Below, piece by piece: positions 13,737-25,420 of a stretch of DNA of 64,000 nt. Made by a program: the position numbers and the translations under genes. The notes beneath the pieces were generated by a model. It was not told where the DNA came from and ran no database searches. It saw only the letters and a program-made list of their open reading frames with translations. Numbering within the stretch: the first letter of the stretch is position 1; every line of letters starts with the position of its first letter. The DNA comes from Heptranchias perlo. Its lineage: Eukaryota. The DNA is taken from the NCBI RefSeq assembly GCF_035084215.1, contig NC_090366.1, positions 13,640,001-13,704,000 on the forward strand. Reading direction: 5' to 3'.

Positions 13737-14200
13737 GTACTGAGGGAGCGCTGCACTGTCGGAGGGTCAGTACTGAGGGAGCGCTGCACTGTCGGAGGGT
13801 CAGTACTGAGGGAGCGCTGCACTGTCGGAGGGTCAGTACTGAGGGAGCGCTGCACTGTCGGAGGGTCAGTACTGAGGGAGCGCCGCACTGTCGGAGGGTC
13901 AGTACTGAGGGAGCGCTGCACTGTCGGAGGGTCAGTACTGAGGGAGCGCTGCACTGTCGGAGGGTCATTACTGAGGGAGCGCTGCACTGTCGGTGGGTCA
14001 GTACTGAGGGAGCGCCGCACTGTCAGAGGGTCAGCACTGAGGGAGCGCTGCACTATTGGAGTTGCCGTCTTTCAGATGAGAGGTTAAACCGAGGCCTCCG
14101 TCTGTCCCTCTCAGGCGGATGTAAAAGATCCCACGGCCACTATTGGATGAAGAGCAGGGGGAGTTCTCCTGGCACTGTAGAAATGCAAGTTCTGTCTTTT
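13737..14200 (+). repeat. 33-bp SINE-derived minisatellite (about 10 units) running into a Deu-SINE body
   Basis: Unit ctgagggagcgctgcactgtcggagggtcagta followed by SINE core gccgtctttcagatgagaggttaaaccgagg. B2 equivalent ~27397-27790 (about 8 units). Confidence 0.9.
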
Positions 14201-14396
14201 TTTCTCTTTCTTAAAGCCTTGTAACTCACTGCAGACAACCCATCATCCCACATAGAATCAAATTAGTCCGTGAAGACATTGTCTCGAAGCAGTTTTAATA
14301 TCTGCAGAGCTGTCGGGCAAGAGGTGAGTTCTCATTTACTTGTTTCTCTTTCAGACCTTGAGAGTGAGAAGTTGATGAAATATCTGAGAGTGGACA

Positions 14397-17300
14397 ATGA
14401 TCAGGAAACCTTACTTCCTCCTGTCACTTCTCCAAGGTAATATCATCGTCAGGTCGGAGATATTTATGGATAATAGTCGGTGCAAACGATCATTGTTATT
14501 GAGTTATGACGAGAGACCAAATTCAGCAGTGACTCAGTGTACTAACTCGCACCGAGTCCCGTTCACCCATCACCCCCTGTGCTCGCTGACCGACATTGGC
14601 TCCCGGTCCGGGAACACCTCGATTTTAAAATCCTCATCCTCGTGTTCAAATCCCTCCATGGCCTCCTCACTCCCCCCCCCACCCCCCCACATCACTGCAA
14701 CCTCCTCCAGCCCTACAACCCTCCGAGATCTCTGCGCTCCTCCAATTCTGGCCTCTTGCGCATCCCCCGATTTCCTTTGCTCCACCATTGGCGGCCGTGC
14801 CTTCAGCTGCTTGGACCCTATCTCTGGAATTCCCTCCCTAAACCTCTCCGCCTCTCTCTCCTCCTTTAAGACGCTCCTTAAAACCTATCTCTTTGACCAA
14901 GCTTTTGGTCACCTGTCCTAATATCTCCTTATGTGGCTCAGTGACAAATTGTGTCTGATAATCACTCCTGTGAAGCGCCTTGGGACGTTTTTTTTAAAGA
15001 CGTGATGTAAATGCAAGTTGTTGACATTGTTTGACTGGCCAGCGATCAACGCTGTTTTTTATTCATTCTTGGGATGTGGGCGTCGCTGGCGAGGCCGGCA
15101 TTTATTGCCCATCCCGAGTTACCCTTGAGAAGGTGGTGGTGAGCCGCCTTCTTGAACTGCTGCAGTCCGTGTGATGAAGATTCTCCCACAGTGCGAGTTC
15201 CAGGATATTGACCCAACGACGATGGAGGAACGGCCGATATATCTCCAACTCGGGATGTTGTGTGACTCGGAGGGGAACTTGGAGGTGATGAACAACCTCC
15301 AACATTGCTGCTCTCGTCCTTTTGGGTGGTAGAGGTCGCAGGGGAGGGAGATGCTGTCACTGTAACCTTGGGGAGTTCCATGTGTACCCTGTAGATGGTA
15401 CACACTGGAGCCACAGTAGGCCAATGATGGACGGGGGGGATGGTGGATCTCGAGTCCAGTGGATCTACGAGCCATCCCGTGCTAAATATCGATATTTTTT
15501 CTCCTCAGCTGTATTTTCACAAGAGTGGAAGGCCGACACCCCACGAGATGTGAGAGCACAGAAAGGTTTGTGTGCGCTGATTCCATGCCATTACAGTTAT
15601 CCATCGAATTTGGCAAACAAACATCGAGATGGAGTCTGGTTTCATACAGAGACGGGCGATTCTTTCGCCTTTCACTCCAAGGACCACGGACACGAGTCGG
15701 ACCGATTCAGACATCGGACCGGTCTGTCTGGAGACCTGAAAGATGGCGACTGTTCCCTGATTATAAACGACATCACAGCGGAAGATGCAGGTCCTTATAA
15801 TTTCAGGATAGAATTTGACAAGAAGAATAGCTTCAGCTACTTCCCAGCAACACAGCTTCACGTTTCCGGTAAGTGCTGTTTATAATTACTCATCAATTCA
15901 CTTTCAACAATCAATGGGAAATAATATAAACTATTAACACAAAACATTATAATAACGCAGCTTCTGATTATCAATAACCAGGCGATACCTTCCAGTTCAG
16001 TCTTAAAGCAACCGTTAATACTCACTTTATAAGCAATGATTAAATGCCTTGACTGTGTCCATTAATGTTATCAAGTTATCGGCACCCATCTATCTATCTA
16101 ATCATACTGAAAAATCTTAAATATCGAAGAAAGAAGGAACTTGCATTTCTATCGTGCCTTTCACAAACTCAGGATGTCCCAAAGCGCTTTACAGTTAAAT
16201 ACTTTTGAAGTGTGTTCACTGTTGTAATGTAGGAAACACGGCAGCCAATTCGCACACAGCAAGATCCCACAAACAGCAATGTGATGGATGACCAGATCAT
16301 CAGTGTTTTAGCGATGTTGCTTGAGTGATAAATATTGGCCCCAGGACACCGGGAGAACTTCTTGCTGTGGCCAGGATTTAATTTCACGTTTGCAGAGATC
16401 CCTGAGAAGGTTACAAGGCAGTGCTACCCGAGCTGGGATCTGCTCCTCCACTCCCACCCAGTATTGTCAATCCAAGGGTCTCAGAGTGAAAGTGCATCAA
16501 TCACATTGACAGGCACTCCGCCCAGTCCGAAAACAGGGAAGTCCTTTCTCTTGTGGGACTGTGGTTTATATTTGAACTGATTCTCCAAGTTATATTTAAC
16601 TAAAAGGATGTATTCTCTGCCAGATTTCACAGATAAACCCACAATATTCGCTCCTGAAATTATTGAGGGTAAATCTTGCAACATAACCTGCACCTTCAAC
16701 ACAACGTGCAGGGGAACAGCACCTGACTTAACCTGGGACAATCCCACTGATGTTCCCGGGTCTGTCTCAAACAGTGTAACTCAGCATGGTGGAACTCTGA
16801 CATATTCTTCTGTTCTGACTCTGGTCCCATCACCCAAACACTACGGGCAGACTCTCACCTGTAGAGTCAGCTTTCCATCTGTTTCATCGCAACGGACCCT
16901 CGCACTAACTGTTCAATGTAAGTACCAACATCTTTCCTGAATTAATTTTTTGGGTGCTTTTCTCCAAGGGCACACTCTGTTGCTTCAAGGGGTCAATGTT
17001 TCGTTCATCTAAAGATACAACACAAAGGACACCGACATCTTGGGTTTATACAGCGTCTTTAGTGTAGGGAAACATCCCAAGGCACTTCACAGAGGCAGCT
17101 GGAGAAAAAAGTACGGCAAGACAAAGAAGGAGATATTAGCTAAACTTTGATAAAACTCTGGTTAGGCTCCAGCTGGAGTATTGTGTCCAATTCTGGGCAC
17201 CGCACTTTAGGAAGGATGTCAAGGCCTTGGAGAGGGTGCAGAGGAGATTTACCAGAATGGTATCAGGGATGAGGGAGTTCAGTTATGTGGAGAGACTGGA

Positions 17301-19090
17301 GAAGCTGGGATTGTTCTCCTTAGAGCAGAGAAGGTTAAGGGGAGATTTAATCGAGGGGTTCAAAATCACGAATGGGTTTTGATAGAGTAAATAAGGAGAA
17401 GCTCTTTCCAGTGGCAGGAGGGTCGGTAACCAGAGGACACAGATTTAAGGTAATTGGCAAAAGAACCAGAGGGGGAGATGAGGAGAATGTTTTTTACGCA
17501 GCGAGTTGTTCTGATCTGGAATGCGCTGCCTGAAAGGGCGGTGGGAGCAGATTCAATAATAACTTTCAAAAGGGGAACTTTTAATGAGGAAAGATGCCTG
17601 GAAATGCATGCAGACAAAAGATACAGGGAGATGAAGCATGGGCTCCTGCTGTACGCTGTGTTTGCTGCGACAGGTTGCTGTTCTCTGTAAAATCAATAAA
17701 ATCCCTATTTGTCTTTAGACGCTCCGAGGAATCTCTCAATTACTTCTCTTGATACGATTAAAGATTCATCGATCAGTACAACAGAAGGGAATTCTACAGC
17801 CCTACACTGCTCTGTCGAAAGCTTCCCAGCTTCCAATCTGAGGTGGGAACATCTCGGAGTCACAGTGATCAGAAGCAGTTCCAACAACGAGGTGCGATTG
17901 GAGCTTCCTCACGTGACATCCAGGGTCGCTGGAGAGTATCGGTGTGTGGCGGAGAATGAACATGGGGCTGTGGAGAGTTCCATAACCATCACCGTGGAAC
18001 GTAAGTCTGGAGATACTTCCACATCTCGCTAAATACAAACAAATTAATATCGACGGGTGACTGTGGATTTTACAAAGTGAGTTTGGGCGTAACTTTGTTC
18101 GTAACAGTAACGGGTCGGATTTTCTTCACGGAATTGGCTTGGTGATACTGATCGATATTTAAATCCCACCATACTCGGAATGGTGGGCGCTTCATTCACT
18201 TTGAGCAGAGAGAGCAGCGACTGGTCGAGTCGATCGGTCTGGATCCCATTCTAATTTGGATCCAGAGTTCATGGAAATGGCAGCAGTTCTGTATCACTGA
18301 GGAATCATCAGGAGTTACATGTGCACAGATACACACACATGCCAATAGACACATACACACAAACATGTAAACAGTCACACACATGTACACAGGCACAGAC
18401 ACGTACAAACACACATGCACACACGTGCACACACTCTCATTCACACACACACAGATACACACACACACACACACCCAAGAGTTGCTATTCTCACCCCTTT
18501 TAATCCAGTTGCAACCGAGCCTGAACCTGGTCAGTCGGTCTTTGTTGCAGAGGGCTGGAGCTCAGGATCAGAGTGATGGAATATCGATCGCTTCCCCTGG
18601 GATCAGGGATCACTGTGATCACTCCTGGATTCCACAGTGAGATCACCAATCATAAAGCGACCTCTGGGGGGGACTGGGAATGTGGTTTTACATAAATATT
18701 ACAAATTACATATAAATATTACATATATAGACATTGAATATAGATATAATAGATAAATATTATAGAAAGTATTACATATTCAGATATTAAATATATAGAG
18801 ATTACATATACAGATATTACATATTCAGATATTAAATATATAGAGATCACATATACAGATATTACATATTCAGATATTAAATATGTGGAGATTACATATA
18901 TAAATATTACTTGTGTTGGGTAATCACTTCTCAAGGTCAGAATAAGTATAAGTTGATCAGAGCATCGTACTAAAACTGTGGTTGTTTTTACAGGGAGAGA
19001 AACACATGAATGGAAAGGAGCATTGCTTGGTGTTGGAATCACATTGAGTGGGACACTGGCCGGGTTCTTGATCTACATGTGCGTGCGAAA
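14397..19090 (+). CDS. Siglec-like (CD33-related type) receptor, copy B1: leader + V-set + 2 C2-set + TM
   Basis: Exons with AG/GT boundaries and phase-1 Ig junctions: leader 14397-14436 ([13 protein letters not shown]), V-set 15509-15868 ([21 protein letters not shown] with essential Arg), C2 16624-16917, C2 17719-18000, TM 18994-19090 ([23 protein letters not shown] then RK). No stops or frameshifts. C-terminus ambiguous (see findings). Confidence 0.88.
14540..15025 (+). mobile_element. L2 LINE 3' fragment
   Basis: Frame [27 protein letters not shown] resembles the L2 ORF2 C-terminus; tail aaatgcaagttgttg. Copies at ~28136-28605 and ~46260-46750. Confidence 0.7.
15055..15425 (-). mobile_element. 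CR1-Zenon-like LINE 3' fragment in the leader/V intron
   Basis: Same 3' end as 23930-25197, antisense. Copies at ~28640-29020 and ~45860-46225. Confidence 0.7.
17150..17576 (+). mobile_element. CR1 LINE 3' fragment
   Basis: Encodes [10 protein letters not shown]...[13 protein letters not shown] and FFTQRVV; longer in B2 (~30755-31280) and B3 (~44005-44535). Confidence 0.85.
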
Positions 19091-19152
19091 GTAAGTGTGA
19101 AGGTTTAACTTGTTTTTTTGAAAACTCTTGCTTCAATTTTCCCTCCTTAAAG

Positions 19153-19590
19153 GAAAGAAGGAACTTGCATTTCTATCGCGCCTTTCACAACCTCAGGACG
19201 TCGCAAAGCACTTTACAGCCAATGAAATACTTTTGAAGTGCAGTCACTGTTGTAAAGTAGGAAATGCGGCAGCCAATTTGCGCACAGCAAGATCCCACAA
19301 ACAGCAATGTGATAATGACCAGGTCATCTGTTTTTGTAGTGATGTTGTTTGATGGATGAATATTGGCCCCAGGACACCAGGGAGAACTCCCCCCTGCTCG
19401 TCTTCGAAATAGTGGCCGTGGGATCTTTTACACCCACCTGAGAGGGGCAGACGGGGGGCCTCGGTTTAACATCTCATCCCGAAGGACAGACAGTGCAGCG
19501 CCCCCTCAGTGCTAACACTGGGGAGTGTCGGCCTGGATTATAAAGCTGTTAGGGACATCCTGAGGTCACGAAAGGCGCTATATCAATGCA
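19153..19590 (-). mobile_element. Deu-domain SINE just downstream of the TM exon
   Basis: Antisense SINE starting with its tail gaaagaaggaacttgcatttc; copies at ~32876-33315 and ~41965-42407. Confidence 0.78.
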
Positions 19591-20605
19591 AGTCTTCATT
19601 ATTTAGCTGACAGCCAGAACCAAATGATATACTTACCCTGTACAGTACAGTAACATGCAGCCCAACGATCTCACTGTAAACACAGCGACTGCTAGAGAAA
19701 CAAGCAGGATATTTTGAGGCGAGCACACAAATTGGACTTTGACGTGATTTATTTCCAGCCGTGTACTTGGAATTAAGATTACGCTCTCTCCTGCCTGTTT
19801 CTTTCTTTTCTTCCACTTTTTCTGTCTCATTCGTCCTCTCCTTTCTCCTCTTATGTTCTCCCTCTCTCTCGCTCTCTCTCTCTCCCTCCCTCTTTCACGT
19901 TCTCCAGTGTCTCACATTTTCCAGGGAGTTCATGCTCTGGGGCCCAACTGTTCCTTCAGCACAGCCCTTGCTCTCTGGAATGAGCATTGAATCTAAACTC
20001 TACTTCAGCGGCTGCCCAGCTTTACACTGGAATAACGTCACAGTGCCAGGACACAAAGGGTTAAAAGTTTGCTTAAAACACGAGACAAAGGCCCTTCATT
20101 TGTGCAAAGTGCTATTTTCTCACTTCTCCCCCACTTCCTCATGTGACTCACAGTGACAGGCCAACCATTTCTAATTAAATACACAGGGGCCGCAACACAG
20201 GAAAAGGCCATTCAGCCCAAGCAGCGCGTGCTGGCATTTACTCTCCACACGAGCAGTCGGACAAGCCCTGGGTAAGTAAAGCAACGATTGCAATTCAATT
20301 CCACGACCTACGTCGCTCTTTGTTGGCGTTGTGACTTTGTAAAGAGACATTCCAATGATTTATGCCTTCCAAAGATTTCTACTTTTTGTTGCGATCTGGG
20401 TGTTGGGCTTAAGTCTATCGTACAGGACATGTTTGTGGTTCAAGGACGAGGGAAATCCAGAGACTTGAGACCATAATCCAAGCTGAAACTTCCAGTGCAG
20501 TACTGAGGGAGTGCTGCACTGTCGGAGGTGCCGCCTTTCGGATGAGACGTTAAATCGAGGGCCCCGTCTGCCCCTCTCAGGTGGGAGGTAAAAGATCCCA
20601 CGGCC

Positions 20606-21298
20606 AATATTTCAATATCAATGATCAAACCCAACATTGATCAATATCAATGATCAAACCCAACATTGATCAATATCAATGATCAAACCCAACATTGATC
20701 AATATCAATGATCAAACCCATCATTGATCAATATCAATGTTCAAACCCATCATTGATCAATATCAATGATCAAACCCATCATTGATCAATATCAATAATC
20801 AAACCCAACATTGATCAATATCAATGATCAAACCCATCATTGATCAATATCAATGATCAAACCCAACATTGATCAATATCAATGATCAAACCCAACATTG
20901 ATCAATATCAATGATCAAACCCATCATTGATCAATATCAATGATCAAACCCATCATTGATCAATATCAATGATCAAACCCATCATTGATCAACATCAATG
21001 ATCAAACCCAACATTGATCAATATCAATGATCAAACCCAACATTGATCAATATCAATGATCAAACCCAACATTGATCAATATCAATGATCAAACCCATCA
21101 TTGATCAACATCAATGATCAAACTCATCATTGATCAATATCAATGATCAAACCCATCATTGATCAATATCAATGATCAAACCCAACATTGATCAATATCA
21201 ATGATCAAACCCATCATTGATCAACATCAATGATCAAACTCATCATTGATCAATATCAATGATCAAACCCATCATTGATCAATATCAATGATCAAACC
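20606..21298. repeat. 29-bp quasi-palindromic minisatellite, about 24 units
   Basis: Unit atcaatgatcaaaccca(a/t)cattgatcaat; B2 ~34330-34847 (about 18 units), B3 ~40650-40960 (about 10-11 units). Confidence 0.95.
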
Positions 21299-21405
21299 CT
21301 GCACGGTTGGGCCTCAATTGCAGATCCAATGATCTAATTGGACTCAAACAAGCCAATCACAGATTGTGCCGATTGTCACACTGCTCATTTCCTTTTCTAT
21401 TACAG

Positions 21406-21522
21406 AAGGATGAGGAAGAGACGCTGGGAATCGAAACTGACCGTTACAGGAATGTATTTCAAGCCGATAATATCTACGAAAACTGCAATCTTGACGAGGA
21501 CTCTATTTATGCAAATGTATAA
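21406..21522 (+). CDS. Terminal cytoplasmic exon with ITIM-like SIYANV and NIYENC tyrosine motifs, B1
   Basis: Acceptor ttttctattacag at 21405; frame KDEEETLGIETDRYRNVFQADNIYENCNLDEDSIYANV*; SIYANV fits S/I/V/L-x-Y-x-x-I/V/L; AATAAA at 22354. In-frame linkage to the TM exon is not evident. Confidence 0.7.
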   Translation, partial: KDEEETLGIETDRYRNVFQADNIYENCNLDEDSIYANV

Positions 21523-23089
21523 TCTGAGCGAGAAGTAAAAACATGATCTCTGGGGACAACACAGAAGGCGAGAATCGAAACTCCCCTTTACCTTTCTAGA
21601 AACCACAGGACTTCACCCCAAAAATACAAGTTTTAAACTTCTTGACATAATCGAATGTAATTTTTTAAAGCTGATGTTATTTCACAAAGTTTGAGTGATA
21701 ATGGAGCCGAGATCATTCTCACTGGGTTTCATTTTGTCCGTCCTCCTTCAGGAATGTCTCTCACTGTTGGAGACATCCTTCTCTCCATTGTGATTATAAA
21801 TATCTTTCAGTATCGTTCGATATTCCACCAGGACATAACGGACAGTCTCAATCCCGTCTGTGTGTTTCAGTCACTTTTCTTCTTGTCATTTCACTTTCCT
21901 GTCTGTGAATGTTGACAGAATGGTCGTTACCAAGTGTAGAGTTCAGGGGAAGCAGGGGTCGAAGATATTTGGACCAGGGCCGATAGATAGAATTTACTCC
22001 CCATTTTACACTCATGCTTTCTTCCGCTTATTATTATAAAATGCTTTGATTTGATATTATCATTCATAGTCACACAGCAAAACTTACAGCAATTTAAGAA
22101 GTCGGGACATGGAGCAGGTTGGAGCAGGGAATTTCACTGCAGTACAGACCGAGGAACTGGGAGACGCAAAACGGAGGGCACACTGCCACCACTGGTGGGA
22201 GAGTGTAATTACAGCGTGACGTTTACATAGGCAGTTCCCATTATAAATGTGGATGGAGGAATTTTTGATGGGAAATGTTGTTTGTAGCTGTACGATTTTT
22301 AATATATCATATACAGATGAAACAGCTTGGATTGCAGAATGAACTATTGTTACAATAAACAACTATTTTAATTTTTCAGTCATTTAAAAAATATTTAAAA
22401 TACAATTAACACTCCCGCTCTTCCCCGATGGCTGAGTCGATGGATGTAATCAAGTGATGTGATACAAAATACAGAGACCAAGTTCTGAGTCTGTGTTCGG
22501 TTAAATGATCTCAATCAGGTACTTGGATCGAGGGGTGGGAAGATAAATCGGGCTCCTGCCCTTGATCTACAGCCGGTGGCTCCCTCTGTTAAGTGCGGGC
22601 TGCGTGAAGACAGAATTGTGTTCGAGGGATCTGCCCCCCATGGTCAATCAGCGCATTTGTCCGCTGACTGGTGCAAAATGGCTGCACCTCTGGAACTGGA
22701 CCCATGCATCAGTCAGTGCCTTAAGATCAGGAGAACTCTAACGTAACTAAGATTTACACAGAAAGTGGGTGGCTATTGTAGTCGAATATCGAGTGTTCAC
22801 TGGAATGGACACATGTCGACTCCAGTTGAGAATGAACCTCAGGGGAGAACTTTCTCTGGTTGCTATGTGTGTGTGGCATCATTAACAGAGCAGTCCTGGA
22901 GTGCGGCAGAAGTGGTGCTGCAGAATTTCTCGCCATTAAGTTACTGGTGGCCCCAACTCCACACACAACAGCCCACATTTCTGCATTGGGTGGCACTAAT
23001 TGGTGGCATGGCTCTGAGAGGTCACAAAGATTGGCTGTGGCACCAATAGAATTGGGTTGGCACCAGGATTGCTGTTCTTGGGGTCTTTG

Positions 23090-23370
23090 TTTTATTCATT
23101 CACGGGATGTGGGCGTCGCTGGCAAGCCCGGCATTTATTGCCCATCCCTAGTTGCCCCTTGAGAAGGTGGTGGTGAGCCGCCTTCTTGAACCGCTGCAGT
23201 CCGTGTGGTGACGGTTCTCCCACAGTGCTGTTCGGGAGGGAGTTCCAGGATTTTGACCCAGCGACGATGAAGGAACAGTCGATATATCCCCAAGTCGGGA
23301 TGGTGTGTGACTTTGTGGGGAATGTGGAGTTGATGGTGTTCCCATGCACCTGCTGCCCTTGTCCTTCTGG
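23090..23370 (-). mobile_element. CR1-Zenon-like LINE short 3' fragment (z)
   Basis: Antisense 3' end ttcaagaaggcggctcaccaccaccttctcaagggg...cccacatcccgtgaatgaataaa; mirror at ~38550-38832. Confidence 0.75.
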
Positions 23371-23929
23371 GTTGAGTGGGGTTAAGGAACATTTCCGAAG
23401 CAGAATAGTGTGAGCACCTGAGGAAGGAGCAAGCCTCCGAAACCATGTGAATTTCAAATAAAATTGCTGGACTGTAACTTGGTGTAAAATTGTTTACAAT
23501 TGTCAACCCCAGTCCATCACCGGCATCTCCGCATCACTGTTACATAGAAACAGGAGAAGGCCATTCAGCCCCTTGAGCCTGTTACACAGGAACAGGAGGA
23601 GGCCATTCAGCCCCTTGAGCCTGTTACAAAGGAACAGGAGGAGGCCATTCAGCCCCTCGATTAGCTCCCCCAAAACCGTTAGATCAGGGCTGATCTGTAC
23701 CTCAACTCCATTTACCTGCCTTTGCTCCACACCCTTGATTCCCTTACCCCACAAAAATCTATCGATCTCAATTTCAATTGACTCCCAGCATCCACAGCGT
23801 TTTGGGGGAGGGAGTTCCAGATTTCCACTCCCCTTTGTGTGAAAAAATGCTTCCTGATTTCACTCCAGAGTGGCCTGGCGCTAATATTAAGATTGTGGCC
23901 CCTTGTTCTGGATTCCCGTTAGAGATTAG

Positions 23930-25197
23930 GATTGGGTTCCGCCAGGACCACTCGGCTCCAGACCTCATTACAGCCTTGGTCCAAAGATGGACAAAAGAGC
24001 TGAATTCCAGAGATGAGGTGAGAGTGACTGCCCTTGACATCAAGGCAGCATTTGACCGAGTGTGGCACCAAGGAGCCCTAGTGAAATTGAAGTCAATGGG
24101 AATCAGGGGAAAAACTCTCCAGTGGCTGGAGTCATACCTAGCACAAAGGAAGATGGTAGTGGTTGTTGGAGGCCAAACATCTCAGCCCCAGGACATTGTT
24201 GCAGGAGTTCCTCAGCGCAGTGTCCTAGGTCCAACCATCTTCTGCTGCTTCATCAATGACCTTCCCTCCATCATAAGGTCAGAAATGGGGATGTTCGCTG
24301 ATGACTGCACAGTGTTCAGTTCCATTCGCAACCCCTCAGATAATGAAGCAGTCCGAGCCCGCATGCAGCAAGACCTGGACGACATCCAGGCTTGGTCTGA
24401 TAAGTGGCAAGCAACATTCGCGCCAGACAAGTGCCAGGCAATGACCATCTCCAACAAGAGAGTCTAACCACCTCCCCTTGACATTCAATGGCATTACCAT
24501 CACCGAATCCCCCAACATCAACATCCTGGGGGTAACCATTGACCAGAAACTTAACTGGACCAGCCATATAAATGCTGTGGCTACAAGAGCAGGTCAGAGG
24601 CTGGGTATTCTGCAGCAAGTGACTCACCTCCTGACTCCCCAAAGCCTTTCCACCATCCACAAGGCACAAGTCAGGAGTGTGATGGAATACTCTCCACTTG
24701 CCTGGATGAGTGCAGCTCCAACAACACTCAAGAAGCTCGACACCATTCAGGACAAAGCAGCCCGCTTGATTGGCACCCCATCCACCACCCTAAACATTCA
24801 CTCCCTTCACCACCGGCGCACAGTGGCTGCAGTGTGTACCATCCACAGGATGCACTGCAGCAACTCGCCAAGGCTTCTTCGACAGCACCTCCCAAACCCG
24901 CGACCTCTACCACCTAGAAGGACAAGAGCAGCAGGTACATGGGAACAACACCACCTGCACGTTCCCCTCCAAGTCACACACCATCCCGACTTGGAAATAT
25001 ATCGGCCGTTCCTTCATCGTCGCTGGGTCAAAATCCTGGAACTCCCTTCCAAACAGCACTGTGGGAGAACCTTCACCACACGGACTGCAGCGGTTCAAGA
25101 AGGCGGCTCACCACCACCTTCTCAAGGGGCAATTAGGGACGGGCAATAAATGCCGGCCTCACCAGCGACGCCCACATCCCATGAACGAATAAAAAAA
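23930..25197 (+). mobile_element. 5'-truncated CR1-Zenon-like LINE (L), RT region
   Basis: GFRQDHSAPDL, ALDIKAAFDRVWH, GVPQRSVLGP, FADDC motifs with a frameshift near 24460; A-rich 3' end; preceded by an antisense CR1 tail (~23545-23915) with 42-bp tail repeats. Clade assigned from recalled motif similarity. Confidence 0.85.
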
Positions 25198-25420
25198 AGG
25201 GAAACTATTTTGCACGAAATAATGACTTATGCTCCAGTCCATTTCAGATTATTTCTGTAGTTAAAACAAAAACTAAAATTGGAAGTGTGCCAAAAAGTTA
25301 ACCGTGTGATTGGACAAAGATTATATGCAGCCTGGTCACACATTGTTGATATTTAGTCTCCATTTATCGCCCCAACTGGAGCCTCAGTTCTCACTTAATA
25401 ACCAAACAGCAGTGCATGCT

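Larger units (their letters stand above)
1..25197. repeat. Left arm of large inverted segmental duplication
   Basis: Position 1 pairs with 59818; mirrored ORFs throughout, e.g. 71..364 vs 59455..59748, 21307..21522 vs 40428..40643, 23778..24467 vs 37389..38078. Confidence 0.95.

Noticed and set aside
14324-14354. Extra 5' UTR intron between gag|gtgagt and ttcag|
   Set aside because: 31 nt is too short for a spliceosomal intron.
18611-18665. CACTGTG/CACAGTG heptamers, and CACAGCG in the 32-bp unit, as V(D)J recombination signals
   Set aside because: No ACAAAAACC-like nonamer at 12 or 23 bp spacing; the V exons are complete with their own splice donors.
18994-19090. DAP12- or FcR-gamma-coupled activating receptor based on the Lys in EWKGALL
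   Set aside because: The Lys is at the extracellular boundary and the hydrophobic span has no charged residue.
20606-21298. CRISPR-like palindromic 29-bp repeats (also the 32- and 33-bp arrays)
   Set aside because: Units are head-to-tail without unique spacers, there are no cas genes, and the context is a vertebrate intron.
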